Source of the DNA: Dehalococcoidia bacterium
Lineage (GTDB): Bacteria; Chloroflexota; Dehalococcoidia; SHYB01
Assembly: GCA_965248515.1 (NCBI GenBank)
Contig: CBDFJU010000001.1
Location: forward strand, 242,592-306,591
Direction: 5' to 3'
DNA length: 64,000 nt
Part shown: in pieces, positions 28,527 through 36,261 of the stretch
How the letters are laid out: each line of letters opens with the position of its first letter
How positions within the stretch are numbered: the first letter of the stretch is position 1
The notes under the pieces: model-generated
Seen by the model: the letters and a program-made list of their open reading frames with translations, nothing else
What the model was told of the DNA's origin: nothing
The model's database searches: none
Made by a program: the position numbers and the translations under genes

Positions 28527-29307
28527 AGCTTGGGGTTGCCCTTTCCTGTTATCGGCACGTGGAAGACGTGGCGCTGAACGTCAGCATCATCAGGAACCTG
28601 TGGCGTTTGCAGAACGACGCGTTCATAGGTGTCTGTTGCAACCACCCGGAGTCGATCCCGCGCCTGAGGAGCTCGACGTCGACCGTGTCGTGGCCGGAGC
28701 CGACCTCCCCTTCCAGACGAAGCCGCAACTGCGCCGTCGACAGGTCGATGGCCGGCAGCGGTCGAATCGCGCCGCGGCAGAGGGCGCCGACTATGTCGTC
28801 CATTACCACGGAGACGCCCAGGCGCTGACGGCGGAGCCGATCCTTCAGGTCGTCGGGGAGATGGAAGAACGGGGGGCATGGGTAGCCGGCAGAGGGAGGG
28901 GCCTGAGATAGAACGTCGGCAAATGTCCCTATGGCGATATCGATGACCACTTTTTCATCTCCAAGACCAGCGAGGCCACGCGACAGGACCTCTGGCACGT
29001 GGATCCCGGCGCCATGCTGGAGCGAGTCAACTCCGAAGGCTTTCTGGCCTTCTCCGTCCAGGACAGAGTCGGCGCCGATCGCTACTACCACTACTCGGAC
29101 ATGTCGGAGAACGAGGTCGACGCGGGAAAGGTGCCGGTTGACCCTTTCTGCGCCGATCAGATATGCCATCGGCACATGCATCCGTTCAACCACGATTCAG
29201 CGAGGGGCCTGTTGCACGCCAGCGATTGGGAAGTGAAGCGCCGCGTGATGCAGGAGGCCTACTCCGATCGGTTTGCGCCCCTCGCGCCCCACTGGGACTC
29301 TCGCTAA
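28523..29307 (+). pseudogene. disrupted ORF of unknown function (one frameshift plus one in-frame TAG)
   Basis: GTGA-coupled start. Frame 2 (MKLGVALSCYRHVEDVALNVSIIRNLWRLQNDAFIGVCCNHPES) switches to frame 1 near 28645-28655 (EELDVDRVVAGADLPF...GADYVVHYHGDAQAL...). An in-frame TAG lies at 28909-28911. Protein-like sequence continues after it (NVGKCPYGDIDDHFFISKTSEATRQDLWHVDPGAMLERVNSEGF...) to the stop at 29307. Confidence 0.5.
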
Positions 29308-29344
29308 GGGTGGGCGAGCTCAAGGGCCTGCGTCACGGAGATCG

Positions 29345-30292
29345 ATGAAAGCGGCAATCGTCATTCTCAACTACAACCTGCCCGAGTTGACCGACTCGTT
29401 GTGCGAAGACCTCATTCAGCGGAGCCGTTGCGACTACGACCTTTTCGTGATCGAGAACGGCTCGGCAGCGGACAACTTGAGCAAGCACTGTACCCACCGT
29501 CTGGAAGAGAACAGGTGGATCTCTGGCGGCTTCAACTACGGAGTATCCGCGGCCCTCGATAGCGGTGAGTATGACGCCGTGTGGCTGCTCCACAATGACG
29601 TGAGTTTCGATCAGGAAGGCGACGTCCTCTCGTATCTTCTTGGATGCCTGGACAGGTTCCCGAGGATCGGCATCATCCAACCTGCTTGGGACAACGAATG
29701 GGTTGTGGACGGTGATTCCGGCTGGACATCGAGCGCAAAGGGCATGGCCAATCCGCTGGTCCCCGCGGCGGGCGCCGACCCCCTGGGGATGATGTTCCGC
29801 ACCGACATGATCTTGGACGTCTGCCCGCGTCTGGGTCGCAACCATATGCCGCTCTGGGACGAGTCCAACAAGCGCAACCATGGAAACGCTCAACTGACCC
29901 AGTTGGCCGGATACCGCAAAGGCTGGGCGACGGCGGTCACCACGACCTTCACCTCGTCCGAGATTCGCGAGCCGGCCGAAACCAACAGCCTTGAAGCCCG
30001 AGGTGAGGACGACGCGTCTTGGAAATCGGCCGGGGCGATCGAACGAGAGGAGTGGCTGAGAAGGCGATGGAGGGACGCCTCGTTCTTCGGGTCGCCGAAC
30101 CTATTTGCCAAGGGAGATGTCAGGGGCCTGATGCGAAACGCCGGGGCCTATGCTCGAATGTGGTTGGACCTGGGCCGGTCGAGCACCAGCGGCAAGGCGT
30201 GCTGGCTTCACGCGCTGGAGTTGTGCAAGCGAGAGTACCGGTACTTCATGGCCCGGTACCCGGAATACGCTGAGATGAAGATAGGGAACTGA
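29345..30292 (+). CDS. GT-A fold (GT2-like) glycosyltransferase
   Basis: MKAAIVILNYNLPELT, LFVIENGSAADN and VWLLHNDVSF. ATG 29345 is preferred over the longer ORF beginning at 29273. Confidence 0.6.
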   Translation: MKAAIVILNYNLPELTDSLCEDLIQRSRCDYDLFVIENGSAADNLSKHCTHRLEENRWISGGFNYGVSAALDSGEYDAVWLLHNDVSFDQEGDVLSYLLGCLDRFPRIGIIQPAWDNEWVVDGDSGWTSSAKGMANPLVPAAGADPLGMMFRTDMILDVCPRLGRNHMPLWDESNKRNHGNAQLTQLAGYRKGWATAVTTTFTSSEIREPAETNSLEARGEDDASWKSAGAIEREEWLRRRWRDASFFGSPNLFAKGDVRGLMRNAGAYARMWLDLGRSSTSGKACWLHALELCKREYRYFMARYPEYAEMKIGN

Positions 30293-30314
30293 GAGTGACC
30301 AGGACTGATTCGCG

Positions 30315-31748
30315 ATGAAGGCGTTGGAGCACACGCTGATCGACGCCGACCTCGATGCCCGAGAAAGGGCGATCCGGGAGTTGGTCTACGATCGTCTCCC
30401 CAAGGACCCGCCACTCGAAGATGCCATCGTCGCCTCGTACTTCGTATCCTCGGAGGCGTCGACGATCGGGTCGATCGCGGTCGACGTCGCCAAGCTTCAA
30501 ACCACCGCGGTGGACAACCCTCCGCCGGGCTCACTGCTGGAGCGCTGCACCGGCCGGGTCGTCGACGTTCAGCCTTGGGACAACGATGGCCGGCTAGGTC
30601 TGGTGCGGATCGCGTTCCCCGTCGAGATCCTCGAGTCGTCGGGGTCCTTCTACTCCACGGAGATATTTCATATCGTCAGCGGCGCGGTCCAACACGACCT
30701 CACCGCGAGCACAGATGTGAAACTGGTGGACGTACTGCTGCCGGACCGTGTCCAAAAGGCTTTCCCCGGACCGGCGTTCGGCGCCGATGGCTTCACTCGG
30801 ATCGTCGGCCGTCAGCGGGCCGACTCGAACACCGGCCCGTCCCCACTCCTGGGCACTATCGTCAAGCCTTGCTCCGGCATCACCACAGACGAGCTCGTTG
30901 CTGTAGTGGACCAGGCCTGCCAGAGCGAGCAGATCGTGTTTATCAAAGAAGATGAGAACCTGCACCCCGACTTCCCCTGGTGTCCGCTAGAGGACCGCGC
31001 GAAAAGGGTCCAGCGCAAGGTGGAGGTAATCAATGCCGGCCGTTCCGGGAGCAGCCTGGTCTATGCCCCGCACATTACGAGCTCCCCCTCTCGCTTTTCC
31101 GAGCACCTGCGGACGGCATTGGACGCCGGCGTGTCGGCTGTCATGTTCAGCGAGACGTACGCCGGCGGGCTTTTTCGGTTGGCGCGCGACATCATTAGCG
31201 CCGGGTGCTACGACTGTCTGATCTACGGGCACAACGGAGGCATCGGCACGAGAAGCAGGAGTATCTACCGAGAGGTGCTGGATCTGTTCGCTCGGCTGGA
31301 TGGCATCGACTTTCGGCAGACCGCTCCCAGCGGGGACACGCCGTATCTCCGGCCGGCAGGGCTGGAGCACGAGAAGACGGAGGAGATACTCCAGCGGCCC
31401 CTTCAGGGCGGCCAACGGCCCGTGGTCATCGTACGGGCTGGCGGCCTGGACCAGGGGAACCTCTTGGCCAACCTGCGCGAGGTTGAGCGGGTTGGCGTTG
31501 ACCGGTATCTCTTCCTGTTCGGCTCGGCGATAAACGGGTTTGAGGGCTCTGACGGCGAGCCGGACCCCGCGGCGGGCGTTAGGGCAGTCGAGCAGGCGGT
31601 CGAAGCATATTCAGATCCCAGCCACACCTTCGACACGCTGTCGGGCCCGGAACACGTGGTTGAATTGTCCCAGTACGCGGAGGCAGCCGGAATGCGGGAG
31701 TTGGGTTCGTCGTTGCGCCAGCGCTACAACGATGTTTTGACTGGATGA
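30315..31748 (+). CDS. RuBisCO large-subunit-like protein (form IV RLP)
   Basis: FPGPAFG, PLLGTIVKPCSGIT, IVFIKEDENL, FPWCPLEDR, LIYGHNGG, VRAGGLD and LFGSAINGF are collinear with the RuBisCO large-subunit barrel motifs. Several carboxylase residues are substituted. Confidence 0.8.
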   Translation: MKALEHTLIDADLDARERAIRELVYDRLPKDPPLEDAIVASYFVSSEASTIGSIAVDVAKLQTTAVDNPPPGSLLERCTGRVVDVQPWDNDGRLGLVRIAFPVEILESSGSFYSTEIFHIVSGAVQHDLTASTDVKLVDVLLPDRVQKAFPGPAFGADGFTRIVGRQRADSNTGPSPLLGTIVKPCSGITTDELVAVVDQACQSEQIVFIKEDENLHPDFPWCPLEDRAKRVQRKVEVINAGRSGSSLVYAPHITSSPSRFSEHLRTALDAGVSAVMFSETYAGGLFRLARDIISAGCYDCLIYGHNGGIGTRSRSIYREVLDLFARLDGIDFRQTAPSGDTPYLRPAGLEHEKTEEILQRPLQGGQRPVVIVRAGGLDQGNLLANLREVERVGVDRYLFLFGSAINGFEGSDGEPDPAAGVRAVEQAVEAYSDPSHTFDTLSGPEHVVELSQYAEAAGMRELGSSLRQRYNDVLTG

Positions 31749-32515
31749 GCTCGCCGGCTTTTACGGCGTTGGCCCATCGTGGGGTCTGGGACCGGTACCC
31801 GGAGAACAGTCTCGGCGCGGTGCGGTCCGCCCTCGACGCCGGTTTCGGCGTCGAGCTTGATGTCCGGTTGACCCGCGACGGAGTGCCAGTCCTCAATCAC
31901 GATCCGTACGTCGCCTCGGCGGACGGCCAGCGTCTGGCGATCGACGAACACGGCCTGGACGAACTTTCAGCCTTTCCACTCGGCCGCTCTGAAGAACCGG
32001 TGGCCCGGCTCGACGATGCCCTTGCTTTACCGGGCATCGGGTCGACGCAAGTGGCCCTGCACTTGAAGGATGGCGCTCGACCCGACACTGTGGAGCGATT
32101 ACTCGATGCCATCCCCGAGGCGGTCCTGACGAACCTGTTCGTGTTCGACATCTCGCTTGAGCTTTGTGCCGAGTTCAAGGAGCTGGCGCCGCGGCTCCGT
32201 GTGGGTGTAAGCGTGGGAGACAAGAAGTATCACCGCTACTTCTATGACCTGAAGGACCTCGCCTCTGTGCCCGTGGATATCGTCTGGGCCGACGAGTACC
32301 GTCACCTGTACACATTTGAGTTCATTGAGGAGGCTCGTCGGATGGGCAAGGAGGTCTTTGCGGTCTCCCCGGACATCGCGGGACTGGTCGGACACCCCTT
32401 GGCAGAGGCGGGGTACGAGGCGTCGTGGGAGGACCTACTTCGTTGGGGAGCGGCTGGCATCTGTACGGATAAGCCTTTCGAGTTACAGAGCATGATCGAG
32501 GAGCGTGTTGGATGA
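31745..32515 (+). CDS. glycerophosphodiester phosphodiesterase (GDPD) family protein
   Basis: ALAHRGVWDRYPENSLGAVRSALDAGFGVELDVRLTRDGVPVLNHD. ATGA overlaps at both ends. Confidence 0.8.
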   Translation: MSSPAFTALAHRGVWDRYPENSLGAVRSALDAGFGVELDVRLTRDGVPVLNHDPYVASADGQRLAIDEHGLDELSAFPLGRSEEPVARLDDALALPGIGSTQVALHLKDGARPDTVERLLDAIPEAVLTNLFVFDISLELCAEFKELAPRLRVGVSVGDKKYHRYFYDLKDLASVPVDIVWADEYRHLYTFEFIEEARRMGKEVFAVSPDIAGLVGHPLAEAGYEASWEDLLRWGAAGICTDKPFELQSMIEERVG

Positions 32516-33234
32516 AAGTTGTGGTCCCAGCGGCCGGGGCGGCGAGCCGATTCGTGGAGGGTGGGTACACCGACCCCAAGCCCCTGATTACCGTTGGCGG
32601 GAAGCCGCTCATCAAGTGGGCCACTGATAGCGTTGACCTGCATTCGAGTCGAGACCAGTTCATTTTCATCGTGCGTGAGGAGGATATGGAGCGTCATTCC
32701 ATTGATCGAGTTCTGACAGGAATGTATCCGGACAGCGCCATCGTCTCCGTCGACAGCTTGACCGAAGGCGCTGCCTGCACGGTGCTGCTCGCCAGGGACC
32801 TGATCGATAGCCAGGAAGACCTCCTCATTGTCAACTGCGATACCGCCTTCAAGACTCCCCTCGCTGATGCAGCGAAGAGGTGGATGTCTGAAGTCGCTGG
32901 GATTGTCACCACTTTCGACTCGACCGACCCACGCTTCAGTTTCGCCAAGGTCGACGACGACGGCTTCGTCACCGAAGTTGCCGAGAAGAGACCCATCTCG
33001 GACCGGGCCACGGTTGGGGCGTATTACTTCACCCAGGGGGCGTACTTCGTGTGGGCCGCGGACCAGATGATCACGAAGGACGTCCGCGTGAACAACGAGT
33101 TCTATGTGGCGCCGACCTATAACGAACTGATCGCAGCCGGACACAAAGTTCGCGCGATACGGTCGGATTGGCTGGTGAGTCTTGGCACCCCTGAAGAGGT
33201 GGAAGACTACGCCAAGCAGCTTGCCAGACGGTAG
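32512..33234 (+). CDS. sugar/polyol-phosphate nucleotidyltransferase (240-aa GT-A type), paralogue A
   Basis: MKVVVPAAGAASRF..KPLI, TEGAACTVLLA, VAEKRPIS and NNEFYVAP. About half the residues are identical by eye to 35515..36237. Confidence 0.7.
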   Translation: MKVVVPAAGAASRFVEGGYTDPKPLITVGGKPLIKWATDSVDLHSSRDQFIFIVREEDMERHSIDRVLTGMYPDSAIVSVDSLTEGAACTVLLARDLIDSQEDLLIVNCDTAFKTPLADAAKRWMSEVAGIVTTFDSTDPRFSFAKVDDDGFVTEVAEKRPISDRATVGAYYFTQGAYFVWAADQMITKDVRVNNEFYVAPTYNELIAAGHKVRAIRSDWLVSLGTPEEVEDYAKQLARR

Positions 33235-33300
33235 CCGCGTTTCCCATCCCGGGGACCACGGTGGGGCTCGCCCCGAGGCCCTGGTCAGGAAACGTGGTCA

Positions 33301-33969
33301 GTGACGATCCTGGCGTTCATTTTCGATCTGGACGGAGTGCTGATCGATTCAGACCGGTACCATTGCCGTGCCCTCCAGCAGTCGCTTGCCCCGTTGGGCA
33401 TCGCGGTTACTGAAGCCGACTACGTTGCCCGATGCGCCGGAAATAATAGCCGGCATAACCTCGCCCTCTTCCTCGCCGAAGCTCGTGTAGAGGCCGATCT
33501 AGACGACATGGTTGAGCGGAAACGGGCTCTCTACTACAAGTTGATCGACCGTGAGGCGGTACCGGCGGAGGGGGCGTTAGATGCAGTCGGCATCCTTAAA
33601 GAGAAGAAGTACCGGCTGGGAGTGGCGTCATCGAGTCACGGCGCTGGCGTCAGCAAGGTCTTGAGTCGCTTGGACCTGGAAGCAGCGTTCGAGACCGTGG
33701 TCGATGCCGAACGTGTGCGTAACCTCAAACCGAGTCCCGATAGCTATCTCATGGCCGCCGAACAGCTGGGGGTCCAACCGAACCAATGCATCGCGATCGA
33801 AGACTCTCCCCCCGGCCTCCAGGCCGCGGTTGCCGCTGGGTTGATGGTGGCCATGGTCCGCAACGACTATAACCGAGGGCATACCTTTTCTGAAGCCGAT
33901 TGGGTGTTGGATAGTCTGCTGGGCCTGAACTCGCGGTTTCTGTCGCAAGAAGTCGAATGCATACCCTGA
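33301..33969 (+). CDS. HAD-IA hydrolase (beta-phosphoglucomutase/phosphatase family)
   Basis: FIFDLDGVLIDSD, GVASSS, KPSPDSYL and IAIEDSPPGLQAA. Confidence 0.8.
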   Translation: MTILAFIFDLDGVLIDSDRYHCRALQQSLAPLGIAVTEADYVARCAGNNSRHNLALFLAEARVEADLDDMVERKRALYYKLIDREAVPAEGALDAVGILKEKKYRLGVASSSHGAGVSKVLSRLDLEAAFETVVDAERVRNLKPSPDSYLMAAEQLGVQPNQCIAIEDSPPGLQAAVAAGLMVAMVRNDYNRGHTFSEADWVLDSLLGLNSRFLSQEVECIP

Positions 33970-35501
33970 TCGTTAACCTGGGGCTGAGAAGTGTGCGGGC
34001 CATCGTTTTCGATGAGCGCGGCCAGAAAGTGACCCACGAATGGTTTCCTGTCGGCACCTCCCTGAACGGAGACCGCGTCGAGCAGGACCCTGCGGAGTGG
34101 TGGGGGCTGGCGGTGCGCGCAATCCGGCGCGCCCTCGCTGACCTGGAGGACGTGTCTAGCGTTCGCTACATGTCGGTGACGTGTCCTTCGGGGTGTCTCG
34201 TGGTCTTGGGGGCAGATGGCGGGCTCCTTGCGCCGTCTTTGATGGTCGCCGACAAGAGAGCGCGGGAGCAGGCGGAGTCGATCCGGCAAACGGAATCCCT
34301 GTCCACGGTGTTCGAGAACGGTAACAACCTCGCTGAGGCCAGCTATCTCTGGCCAAAGATACTATGGCTTCAGGAACACGAGCCTGAGGTGGTACGGGAG
34401 GCATCGGCGTTTCTCAATGCCAACGACTACCTGGCCTATCGGTTTAGCGGAATGACGGTCACAGACCCATTGAATGCAGAGAAGCTCTACTTCGACCCCG
34501 TCACTGGCGAGTATCCCCGGGCGCTGCTGGACCGAGTCGGACTGAGCGAGCGGTATTTCCCGGAGGTCCAACCGATCGGCACCGATCTCGGACCGATCAC
34601 CTCGGAAGCCGCCAGCGAGACGGGCCTGTCGCCCGACACGCGCTTCGTTCTGACAACTTATGACGCCATCTGTGCGTTCTGGGGGTCGGGGGTAAGGAAT
34701 GTGGGCGAGGCTTGTAGTGTCTCCGGTACTTCTCTATCCTGTCGGGTTCTTTCTCTGGAGCCGGCCGGAAGGAATGAAGCGGGGATCCTCTCACAGTACT
34801 ATTCGCCCAGGAATGCCTACGTCGTTGGGGGCTCGAACAATCTCGACGGCGGTCTCCTGGAGTGGGCGCGTGACTGTTTCTACAGCGAAGGCTATACGGG
34901 CAGGCCCGACTACCTGTACGAGCTCATGCAAGAAGAAGCGGCGGCAAGCACGGTTGGTGCTCGGGGGCTCGTGTTCGTCCCGTATCTGATCGGAGAGCGG
35001 GTCCCTCGTTGGGACCCAGACGCTCGGGGCGTCTTCTTCGGCCTCGAGCGCTACCATCGCCGTAGCGACATTGTCCGCAGTATCTTCGAAAGCACCGGAT
35101 TCCTGGCTGTCAACATGATAAACGCGATTGAATCCAGCGGTGTCTCGGTCGACAGCATACGCATGTCCGGAGGCCTTTCTCGCATGCGCCACGCTTGCGA
35201 GCTCCGGGCTCACATCACCGGGAAACCGGTCCACATCCTGGCGGAGCACGAGACGGCGGCGATGGGCGCCTACATGGCTGTGGCGCAAAGCGTCGGTCTG
35301 GGCCGAGACCCGGGGGAACTCTCGCAACTCGTGCGCATCGCCGAGACCTTCGAGCCTGATAATGAGCTGCATGAGCAGTACGCGGGGTTCTACGAGCTCT
35401 TCGAAGAAGTCTACCAGAGCCTCGAAAGCGCATTTAGAAGCCGGAGCAGCTTGCTGCGAAAGCTCTCGCTTGCCGACGGCAAGTACTCCCAGAATCTGTA
35501 G
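33957..35501 (+). CDS. FGGY-family carbohydrate kinase (xylulokinase/ribulokinase-like)
   Basis: 514 aa. NLGLRSVRAIVFD, DKRA, LTTYDAICAFWGSG, FVPYLIGERVPRWD and SGGLSR. Confidence 0.8.
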   Translation: MHTLIVNLGLRSVRAIVFDERGQKVTHEWFPVGTSLNGDRVEQDPAEWWGLAVRAIRRALADLEDVSSVRYMSVTCPSGCLVVLGADGGLLAPSLMVADKRAREQAESIRQTESLSTVFENGNNLAEASYLWPKILWLQEHEPEVVREASAFLNANDYLAYRFSGMTVTDPLNAEKLYFDPVTGEYPRALLDRVGLSERYFPEVQPIGTDLGPITSEAASETGLSPDTRFVLTTYDAICAFWGSGVRNVGEACSVSGTSLSCRVLSLEPAGRNEAGILSQYYSPRNAYVVGGSNNLDGGLLEWARDCFYSEGYTGRPDYLYELMQEEAAASTVGARGLVFVPYLIGERVPRWDPDARGVFFGLERYHRRSDIVRSIFESTGFLAVNMINAIESSGVSVDSIRMSGGLSRMRHACELRAHITGKPVHILAEHETAAMGAYMAVAQSVGLGRDPGELSQLVRIAETFEPDNELHEQYAGFYELFEEVYQSLESAFRSRSSLLRKLSLADGKYSQNL

Positions 35502-35514
35502 CGAGGTCACGTAG

Positions 35515-36237
35515 ATGAAGATCGTGATGCCGATGGCGGGCCGAGGTTCCCGATTCAAAGAGGTGGGCTACGACGAGCCCAAGCCGGTAATCGACATTCT
35601 CGGTAAGCCCATGATCCAGTGGGCGCTGGACTGTATTGACTATCGTCCTCAGGACGTTATCTTCATCTGTCTCGAAGACCACGTTCGAGATCACCATATC
35701 GACGATCGTCTCCGTGGGTTGTTCTCCGACGAGATTACGGTGCTCACGACCGACGGAGTTACCGAGGGTGCGGCTTGCACGGTGCTGTTGGCGAAAGAGT
35801 TGATCGACAATGACGATGAGTGCATCGTGTACAACTCAGACCAGTTTTTCAGATCGTCCCTGACAGAAGCGATCAGGACCCGGCCCTCTGACGTAACGGG
35901 GATCATCCCGGTTTTCAAGGCGACCCATCCCAAATGGAGCTACGCCCGCCTGGGCGACGAGGGGTATGTCGTCGAGGTGGCCGAGAAAGTTCCGATTTCT
36001 ACGCATGCAACGGTGGGTCTGTACTATTTCAGTCACGGGAAGGACTACGTCTGGGCCGCGGAGCAGATGATCGCCAAGGACCTTCGGCGCAACAATGAGT
36101 TTTACGTCTGTCCCGTTTACAACGAGTTGATCCAGCGCGGTGACAAGATACAGATCTGCGAGTGCGATTCCATGTGGGGGTTGGGGACGCCAGAAGACGT
36201 TGAGCAATTCGAGCGGTACTATCGCTCCAACGCGTAG
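35515..36237 (+). CDS. sugar/polyol-phosphate nucleotidyltransferase, paralogue B
   Basis: MKIVMPMAGRGSRF..KPVI, TEGAACTVLLA, VAEKVPIS and NNEFYVCP. Confidence 0.7.
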   Translation: MKIVMPMAGRGSRFKEVGYDEPKPVIDILGKPMIQWALDCIDYRPQDVIFICLEDHVRDHHIDDRLRGLFSDEITVLTTDGVTEGAACTVLLAKELIDNDDECIVYNSDQFFRSSLTEAIRTRPSDVTGIIPVFKATHPKWSYARLGDEGYVVEVAEKVPISTHATVGLYYFSHGKDYVWAAEQMIAKDLRRNNEFYVCPVYNELIQRGDKIQICECDSMWGLGTPEDVEQFERYYRSNA

Positions 36238-36261
36238 CTCAGACATCTTCGCGCTAACGAA

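Noticed and set aside
28549-29193. 214-aa minus-strand ORF spanning the disrupted plus-strand gene, considered as the real gene.
   Set aside because: Its composition is typical of antisense frames (R/L/V/G/D-rich, no motif). It would be the only minus-strand gene in a 42-kb plus-strand array. The plus-strand segments have diverse protein-like composition and a GTGA-coupled start. It is kept as an alternative only.
30315-31748. Possibility that the RuBisCO homologue is a bona fide CO2-fixing enzyme.
   Set aside because: By-eye alignment shows replacement of several residues required for carboxylation. No small subunit, phosphoribulokinase or carboxysome genes are nearby. The context is purely glycan biosynthesis.
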